A DNA stretch of 37,794 nucleotides from a virus (Duplodnaviria > Caudoviricetes): positions 1-37,794 of IMG/VR virus record IMGVR_UViG_3300003375_000067. One strand, 5' to 3'. The notes beneath the pieces are model-generated. The model was not told the DNA's origin. It made no database searches and saw only the letters and a list, made by a program, of their open reading frames with translations. Shown here in pieces: positions 1-8,215 of this stretch (positions are counted from its first letter, which is position 1; each line of letters starts with the position of its first letter). Position numbers and translations under genes: made by a program.

Positions 1-2
1 TC

Positions 3-209
3 CCTGAAAAACCCCACTGGCACAGCGTTACCGCTAGCTATGATCCGCTGGATGACTATAAGGTCCAGCATCTTGGCACCACCACCTACAAGACCATACG
101 CAACTGGTGTGGTGCCAATTGCCAGCATGCATGGCAGCATCATAGCTTCAACATGTGGCAGTTTGAATCCGCTGAGGATGCCGTGCTGTTTAGGTTGACC
201 TGGGCATGA
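3..209 (+). CDS. 5'-truncated short phage protein, WC...FxLxW paralog family (member 1)
   Basis: Frame 3 is open from the window edge: ...IRNWCGANCQHAWQHHSFNMWQFESAEDAVLFRLTWA*. The stop overlaps the next ATG (ATGA). Confidence 0.75.
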   Translation, partial: PEKPHWHSVTASYDPLDDYKVQHLGTTTYKTIRNWCGANCQHAWQHHSFNMWQFESAEDAVLFRLTWA

Positions 210-421
210 CCAGCCGAGATCACCAATGGTGCTATAAGCTGCTGAGCCGTGCGCTGTCCGTAGAGGAGGAGTCAGATCTCATCACCTGGTGCGAGGAGAA
301 TTTTGGCAGAATCGATCAGCAGTGGACCGGCTATTTCCTTGGCAGATCGCCCGAGCGCTGCGCACTGGTGATGATCGACACACCAGCCGATGCCGTGCTG
401 TTTACCATGGTGTGGCAGTAG
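206..421 (+). CDS. short phage protein, WC...FxLxW family (member 2)
   Basis: WCEENFG...W...DAVLFTMVWQ; ATGA coupling. Confidence 0.8.
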   Translation: MTSRDHQWCYKLLSRALSVEEESDLITWCEENFGRIDQQWTGYFLGRSPERCALVMIDTPADAVLFTMVWQ

Positions 422-422
422 C

Positions 423-644
423 ATGGCCTGGATCAATCCTGAAACTTTTCTCGTGCTGCCCCATGGTGTGGCCTGGCGCCCCAGCAGCATGGCCACGTGG
501 GCGGCAGTGTGTGAATGGTGCGATGATCACATAGGCGAGCAAAATCTCCTCTGGGCGCAATCGGGTGCGGAAATGCAGATATCCAATGGTTGGTGGTTCA
601 AACATGCCGAGCATGCCGTATTATTCCAGTTGACCTGGCTATAG
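423..644 (+). CDS. short phage protein, WC...FxLxW family (member 3)
   Basis: ATG at 423 follows the previous stop; WCDDHIG...W...WWFKHAEHAVLFQLTWL. Confidence 0.8.
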   Translation: MAWINPETFLVLPHGVAWRPSSMATWAAVCEWCDDHIGEQNLLWAQSGAEMQISNGWWFKHAEHAVLFQLTWL

Positions 645-647
645 CCT

Positions 648-863
648 GTGGCAGCAATACCCGGACTAGGATGGTATCCGGTACAGGCAGGGCCTGGTGC
701 CGGTGACACACGCAGTGATATTACAGCACGCAAGATGGCGATCCAGCATTGGTGCCAGGAGCAATTTGGCCCTGAAGGAATTCTTTGGCGGTCCGGGCCC
801 TATCTGGTGTTTAGATTCCGGCATGAGGATGATTGTGTTTTGTTTAGGATGGTTTGGCAGTGA
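648..863 (+). CDS. short phage protein, WC...FxLxW family (member 4)
   Basis: WCQEQFG...W...FRFRHEDDCVLFRMVWQ. Confidence 0.8.
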   Translation: MAAIPGLGWYPVQAGPGAGDTRSDITARKMAIQHWCQEQFGPEGILWRSGPYLVFRFRHEDDCVLFRMVWQ

Positions 864-1066
864 AAAGAAAACAATGCATTGGGCAACCAATCACCTGGTA
901 CGATGTTAGATGGCCGCGCAAACGCAAGTGTACAAGCGAGCTCGAGGATTGGTGCAGGCAAAACGTAGGTGTTGAGCGTGCGGACTGGGAATTCCACCAA
1001 GCATCGCGCTGTTTTAGGTTCAAGGACAAGTAAATGGCCGTGTGGTTCCGGCTGTCTTGGTGCTGA
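860..1066 (+). pseudogene. WC...FxLxW family member 5 with internal TAA
   Basis: GTG860 frame: MKRKQ...WCRQNVGVERADWEFHQASRCFRFKDK*MAVWFRLSWC*. TAA at 1031-1033 interrupts the family C-terminal motif. Confidence 0.7.
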
Positions 1067-1069
1067 CAC

Positions 1070-1297
1070 ATGGCCATAAACATCACCAAGCAAGGCCATA
1101 TGATGCCTCTGCTGAGATATGGGGTCAGGGTGCCTGTCAGCAGGCTGCCCGATGCCAGTTGCGTGGGCATCGATCAATGGTGTGTGAATAATATTGGACC
1201 TCGAACGGAAACCTGGGAACGATTGTCGCCAAACATATGGATTTTTCTAAACGAGGATTCAGCCGTGTTTTTCAAGCTGGTATGGCCATGGGAATAG
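1070..1297 (+). CDS. short phage protein, WC...FxLxW family (member 6)
   Basis: WCVNNIG...W...WIFLNEDSAVFFKLVWPWE. Confidence 0.8.
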   Translation: MAINITKQGHMMPLLRYGVRVPVSRLPDASCVGIDQWCVNNIGPRTETWERLSPNIWIFLNEDSAVFFKLVWPWE

Positions 1298-1488
1298 TCA
1301 CGGAAATGGTCAGTGGTTGGAAGGTTGATCTCCAATGCTCTCCAAACTGGGACAGCCTGAGACACGCGGACTGGTGTGTTAATCAACAGGGTCTGAGCCA
1401 GCATGGTCAGTGGGATCGCCTGGCATCAGGAGTTTATTGGTTTGAAAGCCGTGAGACAGCGGTGTTGTTTGAGCTAACCTGGGGTTAA
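1288..1488 (+). CDS. short phage protein, WC...FxLxW family (member 7)
   Basis: WCVNQQG...W...YWFESRETAVLFELTWG; start uncertain. Confidence 0.75.
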   Translation: MGIVTEMVSGWKVDLQCSPNWDSLRHADWCVNQQGLSQHGQWDRLASGVYWFESRETAVLFELTWG

Positions 1489-1492
1489 CCTA

Positions 1493-1900
1493 TCATTTTG
1501 TAGGCAGCGCTGCCGGTGCTGGCATGATCTGACCAGCCAGCCGCAGCCGAACGGCATGCCATCTTGCAGGATTGGTGAGGTAATTCAGCGCATTTTTGCG
1601 CAAAATGCTGTGGTCAATTGCCCGTACCACATTGACGTCCCTGCCTAGCTCGGCACCGCTGCGGCTGCTGCGCAGCGCTGCCACCAGCTGGCGCCGGAAT
1701 TCCTCTGCATCACCGCTCTTCAGTTGGTATGTGACTTCAAGGCTTTGGTTGTTCCATTGTGTGTCCAGAGTTATGCTGGTAGGACCCGACACCGATACCT
1801 CCGCCCTTTGCAGACTGGCTAGGTGTTGCTTGATGCCTGGCATGATCTCTGCCAGCTCACCCATGCTGTAAATGGTTTCCAAAAGTTCATTTATGCGCAT
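1493..1900 (-). CDS. hypothetical protein (MRINELLE N-terminus), probably a late gene
   Basis: ORF begins 5 nt downstream of TATAAATA, with no SD. Confidence 0.65.
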   Translation of the reverse strand: MRINELLETIYSMGELAEIMPGIKQHLASLQRAEVSVSGPTSITLDTQWNNQSLEVTYQLKSGDAEEFRRQLVAALRSSRSGAELGRDVNVVRAIDHSILRKNALNYLTNPARWHAVRLRLAGQIMPAPAALPTK

Positions 1901-1905
1901 GATCA

Positions 1906-1913
1906 TATTTATA
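1906..1913 (-). promoter_or_regulatory. T4-type late promoter TATAAATA
   Basis: Perfect T4 gp55-type consensus just upstream of ATG1900. Confidence 0.65.
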
Positions 1914-2039
1914 TTATATTCGTGCAGCTATAACCGCCAGACACTGACGTTTTTAGTTCTAGATTAATTGGTAGCTTATGGTAGACATTCGCATCTTTTA
2001 TCACAACAACTTTGCTATTAAACAACATAGGAGACGCAA

Positions 2040-2564
2040 ATGGCTACAAAAATGGAAAATCTGCCATTGGAATTGGCACATTTCCGCAATTTCATGACCA
2101 ATCTTCCTGGATTTCATGGCAAGTGCATCGAAACAATTGAATGGATGCTGTGTGTACTGGGCTGTGTGGAGGTTTCCACGGCATTTGAGCAGGTTTTGGC
2201 CAACCTTGGCGGTCATGATCTTGTAAGCCAGGATCAAGGAGATCTCTATCGAGATGGAGCCTACAGTGATGCAAAGATCAGCAGCGTGCGCACATCAGGG
2301 TATGGGAAAAAGTACACCGCTCCAGTAACGGGCATCAGCAATAAATCAGGAAACCTGCGCGTGCAGGTTTACGAACGCAAGCAAAATAGATTTTATTATT
2401 TCGTCATCCCACATCATGCATATGTTGACATTCCGCCGAAAAGCAACATTGAAATACCATTTGAATGCGATGGAACCCCTCGACGCATACCCAAGGGTTG
2501 GAAAACCAGGGAAAATTGGTGGCGGTATGAAGTACCTTCGTTGGACGCGCTGTCAACACTATGA
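2040..2564 (+). CDS. hypothetical protein
   Basis: 174 aa with AGGAG SD; weak PD-(D/E)xK-like GD...DAK spacing, unverified. Confidence 0.7.
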   Translation: MATKMENLPLELAHFRNFMTNLPGFHGKCIETIEWMLCVLGCVEVSTAFEQVLANLGGHDLVSQDQGDLYRDGAYSDAKISSVRTSGYGKKYTAPVTGISNKSGNLRVQVYERKQNRFYYFVIPHHAYVDIPPKSNIEIPFECDGTPRRIPKGWKTRENWWRYEVPSLDALSTL

Positions 2565-2649
2565 ATCTCACACAATTGTCTGCAACATACCTTGACCATT
2601 AAGAGATGATGTGTTAATGTTACCATTAACACATCAAAGGACTGGTAAA

Positions 2650-3012
2650 ATGACAACCGTTGAACTGCTTGGTTCTGAATTCACCCGTTGGCGCCTCAGC
2701 GACTTGCCTAACTATCAGCCGCATGAAGTACAGCATGCCGAACGGGTGACGGTGTCTGATCTATGCGATATCAGTTGCCAGCAACTTCTTGGCTGGGGTT
2801 TTAAAAACTGGGACGGACAAAACATGCTGGTGCCTTTGTGGGTGCTTGGGTTGATCAAAGACAACGAAGAACTTATTGATATCAATCGCCAAGTTTCAAT
2901 AGTTGGAAAGGATCCAATTGACGATGACACACGCCAAGGTTTGCTTGCATATGGTTTTAACCATCCGATGCTAGCTACATACGCACAAAAGGACAACGTT
3001 GATGTTGCTTAA
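2650..3012 (+). CDS. hypothetical phage protein
   Basis: AAGGA SD before ATG2650; TTGACC-N17-TAATGT upstream (2592-2620). Confidence 0.65.
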   Translation: MTTVELLGSEFTRWRLSDLPNYQPHEVQHAERVTVSDLCDISCQQLLGWGFKNWDGQNMLVPLWVLGLIKDNEELIDINRQVSIVGKDPIDDDTRQGLLAYGFNHPMLATYAQKDNVDVA

Positions 3013-3143
3013 TTCACTTGCTAAAAAGAATTTAATCCACCCTCCGCTTTTTCAGATCTATCATTGGTTGTGCTCAGCAATGACCTTGCACCAATGTATG
3101 AACTGATTTAGGTCCGTATCCTCATCGTAATGTATTTATCTAG

Positions 3144-3171
3144 TTGACTTATAGTCATCATGTTATATAAT
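3144..3171 (+). promoter_or_regulatory. sigma70-like promoter
   Basis: TTGACT-N16-TATAAT. Confidence 0.65.
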
Positions 3172-3177
3172 TCACTT

Positions 3178-3309
3178 ATGCCATCTGTTGCAACATATTC
3201 TTCAGAACAGCATTATGGAAATCTTGATGCTGCCATAGCCAGGGCGCCTGAGCTGGATTCTCTGGTCAATGACATGGAGGCAGTGCTGAGCAGATATAGG
3301 ATGAAATGA
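3178..3309 (+). CDS. small hypothetical protein (43 aa)
   Basis: MPSVATYSSE...LSRYRMK*; fills the gap between the promoter and the next gene. Confidence 0.45.
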   Translation: MPSVATYSSEQHYGNLDAAIARAPELDSLVNDMEAVLSRYRMK

Positions 3310-3310
3310 A

Positions 3311-3619
3311 ATGCATAGGTGGTTACGTGTTAAATTTTTGCAACTGCGTGCGGCGATATTTGGCGGCGACGTTGTTTATCTTAAGATCTTAAAAGACCGG
3401 TATCAGATAGTCACAACCATAGCGCGACTACGTTGGGATCCGTTTGATCAGGATCCTAGACCCGTGGTTCAGATTGGCAAGGCAGAATACCAGTTAAATC
3501 CCAATGGTTCTTTTGGCCCCGTATACTCGCATCCATATCGAAACAACGACCGGGTTGATCGTTGGAAGTATGCCAGCAAAAGCCGACAGACTGAACATGT
3601 GTTGAAGAACGGGAGCTGA
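3311..3619 (+). CDS. hypothetical protein
   Basis: 102 aa ORF, tightly packed in the operon. Confidence 0.6.
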   Translation: MHRWLRVKFLQLRAAIFGGDVVYLKILKDRYQIVTTIARLRWDPFDQDPRPVVQIGKAEYQLNPNGSFGPVYSHPYRNNDRVDRWKYASKSRQTEHVLKNGS

Positions 3620-3622
3620 ATC

Positions 3623-4120
3623 GTGGGCAAGGAAATTGAACGCAAGTTTTTGGTGAACCCGGATTTTGATACAAGCTCAACACCTGCGCTGGTACTTGAC
3701 ATATCGCAGGGTTATCTCAGCCTGGACATTGAACGTTCGGTTCGTGTGCGTGTCAGTCGTTGGCGCAGCTGGCACCAGCAGGCCTTCATCACCGTCAAAG
3801 GCCGGTCAGTTGGCGCTGCCAGACCGGAGTATGAGTTTGAGCTGGCCAATGTTGATGAAGCACAGGAAATGATTGATACGCTGTGCAAGTTTGTGATACG
3901 AAAGCAGCGCACCATCATCAAGCACGCAGGTTATGAATGGCATGTGGATCGATTCCAGGATGACAATACAGGACTGATCATTGCTGAAATTGAGCTGTCA
4001 ACTGAGGATGAGCAGTTTGAGCTTCCTCCGTGGATTGGTGCTGAAGTGACCGACGATGCTCGCTACTATAATCTTGCTCTTGCCCAAAATCCTTACAACA
4101 AATGGGATGACAATAAATGA
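3623..4120 (+). CDS. CYTH-domain triphosphate tunnel metalloenzyme
   Basis: EIERKFLV, QGYL, RVR, TVKG, EYE, KxR, AEIEL, PPWIGAEVT..RYYN motifs. Confidence 0.92.
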   Translation: MGKEIERKFLVNPDFDTSSTPALVLDISQGYLSLDIERSVRVRVSRWRSWHQQAFITVKGRSVGAARPEYEFELANVDEAQEMIDTLCKFVIRKQRTIIKHAGYEWHVDRFQDDNTGLIIAEIELSTEDEQFELPPWIGAEVTDDARYYNLALAQNPYNKWDDNK

Positions 4121-4536
4121 AAATTGGACTCAGCTATAGCAGGTGTTTGCTGGACATCATTGAAGGTAAGGTGGATATCGATGACGTGCTGGTGATCATA
4201 TCTCGCACCAACTTCGATCCTCACAACGACATCCATTGGAAAAACATCTGGGAAGGTTACAGATATGGCGGCCTTTCTAACCCGGAATGGGCAGGATATA
4301 ACAACGAGGATGCTGCCCGTTTCAGGGCGTTGACCATTGAGCTGCTGGAATCAGGCAAGCTACACCAACCTAGACAATTTGGTAAAGTCATACAAACTCG
4401 CTCGCATGCGATCTGGCTTGAAGCTGTGTTGCCAAATGATGAACTGGAGAAGAATCCCTCGGCCAAGGAAGCCTGGGAAAACTTCCAGGTGGTTGCTGCA
4501 TTGGCGGATGTCAAGCTGGATAGGCGAGCAGGCTGA
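4117..4536 (+). CDS. hypothetical phage protein
   Basis: 139 aa; overlapping start/stop coupling at both ends. Confidence 0.7.
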   Translation: MKIGLSYSRCLLDIIEGKVDIDDVLVIISRTNFDPHNDIHWKNIWEGYRYGGLSNPEWAGYNNEDAARFRALTIELLESGKLHQPRQFGKVIQTRSHAIWLEAVLPNDELEKNPSAKEAWENFQVVAALADVKLDRRAG

Positions 4537-4817
4537 TGGCAGATGGAATTTTTGATCTGGTGGAAGAAATAAAGAGTACCTGGCATTGTGTTACTGTACC
4601 ACAGAAACGAGGTATTAACGAAATTACCACTTGGTTGGATGAGAATTGCACAGGCAGATATTACTTCAACACAATGACGCCAGGACCGCACGAGCTATCA
4701 TGCGACGCATCCCAAGATATTGTATATATGTTTGGTCAAGCAATATTGCCGGTGTTGTATCTCGAAAGCACGGATGACATGGTTTTCTACAATCTGACAT
4801 GGGAAAAATATGACTGA
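4536..4817 (+). CDS. WC...FxLxW family (member 8, divergent)
   Basis: WLDENCTG...YLESTDDMVFYNLTW. Confidence 0.7.
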   Translation: MADGIFDLVEEIKSTWHCVTVPQKRGINEITTWLDENCTGRYYFNTMTPGPHELSCDASQDIVYMFGQAILPVLYLESTDDMVFYNLTWEKYD

Positions 4818-5013
4818 TAAAGCTGGATTGGAATGGAAACTGCGCGGGTACCCTTACAAGGTAACCTTGAAGAATAAAAATGCGGTTGACACGCTTGATT
4901 GGTGTGCAGAGAATCTGACACACGGATCCTATGTCGGAATCAGCTACAACGAACTGGTCTTCAGCAGTCTAGAGTTCGCCGCCATGTACAAGCTCACCTG
5001 GGCCTATGACTAG
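4810..5013 (+). CDS. WC...FxLxW family (member 9)
   Basis: WCAENLTHG...FSSLEFAAMYKLTW. Confidence 0.75.
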   Translation: MTDKAGLEWKLRGYPYKVTLKNKNAVDTLDWCAENLTHGSYVGISYNELVFSSLEFAAMYKLTWAYD

Positions 5014-5233
5014 GCGGCTTGTGGGTTCCCGGCAGACCGAGGAAATGGTCCGCGATACCTGGCATTGCGCTGAGGGACATTATCTGTATGGCATAGGTTC
5101 AGATGCGTGGAAATGGTTGGAAAGTGACGAGATGCAAGGACGTTGGTGTGCACCCGCCAGCGGTGTAGGTACAAAAGGGATAATGTTTGAACTACAGGAG
5201 GATCGCGTGATGTTCATGTTGAAGTGGGGTTAA
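5006..5233 (+). CDS. WC...FxLxW family (member 10)
   Basis: WLESDEMQGRW...FELQEDRVMFMLKWG. Confidence 0.72.
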   Translation: MTRRLVGSRQTEEMVRDTWHCAEGHYLYGIGSDAWKWLESDEMQGRWCAPASGVGTKGIMFELQEDRVMFMLKWG

Positions 5234-5234
5234 T

Positions 5235-5638
5235 TTGAGTTCAGTACAATTAAATCAGGTAATAATACCCGTGATACGCAGGGTGATGCCAAACATCATA
5301 GCCAGCCAAATACTTGGGGTATCTCCCATGGTGGGACCCGCAGGCAGCATATTTTCAATGCGGGTAAGATATTTCGAGCGCACGGCCAGACATAAGGTCA
5401 ACCCTGCCATATACAACACCTTTTTGCGACTCAACAATCGGCGTAAAACGCAATGCGATGCTGATTTTGAATCTGCCGGATACCATTCAGTGGGCACCTT
5501 TCCTTGGGATGAAAGGCACGATGCAACGGTTTGGTGCAGTCAACAGTTTGGCGAACATGGATTTATTTCAATGACGGATCCACATGGTGGTTTGCCAGTG
5601 AGGCCGATGCTGTGCTTTTCCAAATGACCTGGTGTTAG
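5235..5638 (+). pseudogene. fusion of a gp23-like major capsid segment and a WC...FxLxW domain (member 11), with a frameshift near 5567
   Basis: The N-terminus VIIPVIRRVMPNIIASQILGVSPMVGPAGSIFSMRVRY resembles T4 gp23. WCSQQFG is in frame, but the family tail WWFASEADAVLFQMTWC* is in the -1 frame and ends at 5638. Confidence 0.7.
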
Positions 5639-5645
5639 AGCGTAG

Positions 5646-5843
5646 ATGCTGAAGATCAACCCAATAAATGGCGCATGCTGGAAGTGGGAAATATCCAAAC
5701 CAAATCTCTATTCCATTGACGTGTCTAGATGGTGCAGGCAGCAGTTTGGCCCTGAACCGGACCGGTGTTTATGGATGTCATTTGAGCGGATACTGTTTCA
5801 AACCCACGAAGACGCCGTGCTGTTTATGTTGGCTTGGGCATGA
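5646..5843 (+). CDS. WC...FxLxW family (member 12)
   Basis: WCRQQFG...W...FQTHEDAVLFMLAWA. Confidence 0.8.
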   Translation: MLKINPINGACWKWEISKPNLYSIDVSRWCRQQFGPEPDRCLWMSFERILFQTHEDAVLFMLAWA

Positions 5844-6049
5844 GCGTGTGGAGCGTGGCGACGGTGCTGTCTGCCAAAGAACATGATGAGCACTATTCTT
5901 GGTGTAGACGCAGCCTTGCTTCTTGCTGGCACTGCATTCACAATGGGACCACAGGAGTTAGGATAACTGATAATCAGTTTATTTCACGATATGAATGGAT
6001 CTTTACATGCGAAGAGGACTACATAATGTTTAAATTGACCTGGAGCTAA
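5840..6049 (+). CDS. WC...FxLxW family (member 13)
   Basis: WCRRSL..CW...WIFTCEEDYIMFKLTWS; ATGA coupling. Confidence 0.78.
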   Translation: MSVWSVATVLSAKEHDEHYSWCRRSLASCWHCIHNGTTGVRITDNQFISRYEWIFTCEEDYIMFKLTWS

Positions 6050-6050
6050 A

Positions 6051-7061
6051 ATGCCAATCAAACGCCTGCATATTGAATTGTCGACCAGATGCCAGGCCAG
6101 TTGTCCTATGTGCCCAAGAAATCATGCAGGAGGTGCGGTGCGCGGATTTGTAGGCCCAGATGACATATCTTTCAAACAGTTTGAAAAGTGGTTCACGCCG
6201 GGATTTTTATCGCAGTTGGAGTTTTTCCTGGCCTGTGGTAACTACGGCGATCCCGTGATGAACAACGATGTGTTGCAGATACTTGGATATCTGAGAAGCC
6301 ACAACCAGCAGTGCAAAATCAGCTTCCATACCAACGGCAGTGCCCGCAACGCAGAATGGTGGAAAGGTCTGGCCAGCATCATCGGCAGCCAAGGACAGGT
6401 TGTGCTGGCAATTGACGGATTTGCCTCCACGCATTCGATCTATAGAATTGGAACCAATTGGGATCATGTGATGAAGACGGCGGATGCGCTGATTGCTGCT
6501 GGCATTGATGTCTGGGCAGAAACGTTAGTATTTGATCACAACAAAGATGAGATAGATGGTCTGAAGGACCATCTTTACCAGCGTGGCTTCAAGCATGTCA
6601 ATATAAAATACACCAACAGATTTGCAGGATCGGTGGAATTTCCAGTGGTTAATGGAACCGTGTTGCAGTCTGCGAACATCACGGCAAAAAAGCCAATGCC
6701 TACCGACACTGAATTTGAACGCTGGCTTGCCACCGCCGTTATCGATCCCAAGTGCCAGCAGTATGGCGGAGAAATCTATGTAGACGTGGCAGGACGTGTA
6801 TGGCCCTGCTGTTGGGTGTCCGACACCTACACACGGATCAAGGATCCGGACCGAGGAGACTTTTCCTGGGCATCATGGAGCAGCCTTCAAGGGCAAGAAA
6901 TTAAGTATCTGGTTGAAACTCTACCACCGATTTATCTGGATGATGCTGGCATTGATGCAGCCTTGTTGGCATACAATGAACATCTATTGCTTTGGCAGAA
7001 GGCCTGGATGGCTACTCGCAAGCCTTGTGAGTGTGTGATACACTGTAAAAAACTCCACTAG
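6051..7061 (+). CDS. radical SAM protein with SPASM/twitch-like C-terminus
   Basis: CQASCPMC (CxxxCxxC), GNYGDP, TNGS, IDG; C-terminal C...G.VWPCC...CECVIHC. Confidence 0.9.
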   Translation: MPIKRLHIELSTRCQASCPMCPRNHAGGAVRGFVGPDDISFKQFEKWFTPGFLSQLEFFLACGNYGDPVMNNDVLQILGYLRSHNQQCKISFHTNGSARNAEWWKGLASIIGSQGQVVLAIDGFASTHSIYRIGTNWDHVMKTADALIAAGIDVWAETLVFDHNKDEIDGLKDHLYQRGFKHVNIKYTNRFAGSVEFPVVNGTVLQSANITAKKPMPTDTEFERWLATAVIDPKCQQYGGEIYVDVAGRVWPCCWVSDTYTRIKDPDRGDFSWASWSSLQGQEIKYLVETLPPIYLDDAGIDAALLAYNEHLLLWQKAWMATRKPCECVIHCKKLH

Positions 7062-7714
7062 CGTTGCAGATATGTTCGGGCCTTCATGGGATTGTTTTCG
7101 TCCCTAGGACCATCTTCACTGTCTGGATGATATACCATTAGACTCATGCTATCTATTGTGGTGACAAAACGATGCAGTGCGTGCCGGTGTAAAATAAACA
7201 TTCGGCCAACCCTAAGCGGATATTGGTGTTCCATGCCAGATTCTTTTACACAGGCGTGTCCTGAGCCGGATATTACGTAGCCGATCCTGTAGCTAGGGTG
7301 TGTGTGCCAGGTTTGATCAATACCCGGAGGAAAATGCAGGTAATTTATGCATGGATCTCCATTACGCAAAGGATCTATGAGATTGGTATTGGAACATCCA
7401 TCTATGTAACTCAGCTGTCCTGGTTTGGTTGGATCAACTGTTGCAAGTTTTGGTTCGGTTGTGGAATATCCTGTATTATCAATTATCAGTGCCGATCCTA
7501 TTATCTTGGCAGTTTTATGCCCGCCGCTAGCCCATGTGCAATGACTAATGTCGATAACTTTATTCAAATTGGCAGCGGCATTGCTTGACATTATCCACAG
7601 GCTGCCTAGTGTTTTTACGGTGGTAACTTCACCTGGCTTGATCACCGTCAGCTGTGCTAGATTACGATCATCTATCGTATGGTTGTTCAGGTCTTCAATA
7701 AATTCAAAAATCAC
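7058..7714 (-). CDS. cupin-domain protein
   Basis: HTHP...GYVISGSG and H.F metal-binding cupin motifs. Confidence 0.75.
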   Translation of the reverse strand: MIFEFIEDLNNHTIDDRNLAQLTVIKPGEVTTVKTLGSLWIMSSNAAANLNKVIDISHCTWASGGHKTAKIIGSALIIDNTGYSTTEPKLATVDPTKPGQLSYIDGCSNTNLIDPLRNGDPCINYLHFPPGIDQTWHTHPSYRIGYVISGSGHACVKESGMEHQYPLRVGRMFILHRHALHRFVTTIDSMSLMVYHPDSEDGPRDENNPMKARTYLQR

Positions 7715-7781
7715 TTAGAAATTTACCATTTTGGAGTTTCGTTGGGAGATGGCTGATAAACAAAAACCACACGCTAATCCA

Positions 7782-8078
7782 TCAAGCGGTGGTTGTATCT
7801 GATTCAGTTACTTTTTTGGTGGCATGATATGCGGCACGTGCGGACATCAATTGATTACGGATGGGATCAGCACGCCATGCATCCAACGATGCTTGGTCTT
7901 TCCATACATTGACAATTGTTCGGGTAAGACCGTCCTGGCTTACGGTATCTGACCTTGAAACCAACATGCCTGTTGAGACATATGCTGTATGCCAATGTGA
8001 TACCACATCGACTGTTGGTGCATAAAATGTTGTTTCGGTAGAAGGTCTGGTAAAACTTACTGTAACGGTTACCGTCAT
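7782..8078 (-). CDS. hypothetical protein (possible dimeric alpha+beta barrel)
   Basis: AGGAG SD; TAAATA upstream (8110-8115); W.DQASLDAW pattern. Confidence 0.7.
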   Translation of the reverse strand: MTVTVTVSFTRPSTETTFYAPTVDVVSHWHTAYVSTGMLVSRSDTVSQDGLTRTIVNVWKDQASLDAWRADPIRNQLMSARAAYHATKKVTESDTTTA

Positions 8079-8215
8079 CGGCTATCTCCTATGTGGCTTT
8101 ATTCTAGCCTATTTACCAATACAATTGCAATTTATGCTATGAAAAATTGACCTAAGTTGACATCAAGATCACTGTGCAGGTAAAATTATCTGTTATCTTA
8201 GGATGCTAATTACAA

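Noticed and set aside
5556-5575. Programmed -1 frameshift
   Set aside because: No in-frame X XXY YYZ heptamer or clear stimulator; a single-base deletion is simpler.
3-6049. Diversity-generating retroelement or DNA repeat array behind the paralogs
   Set aside because: No reverse transcriptase and no template/variable repeat pair differing at adenines; similarity is at the protein level only.
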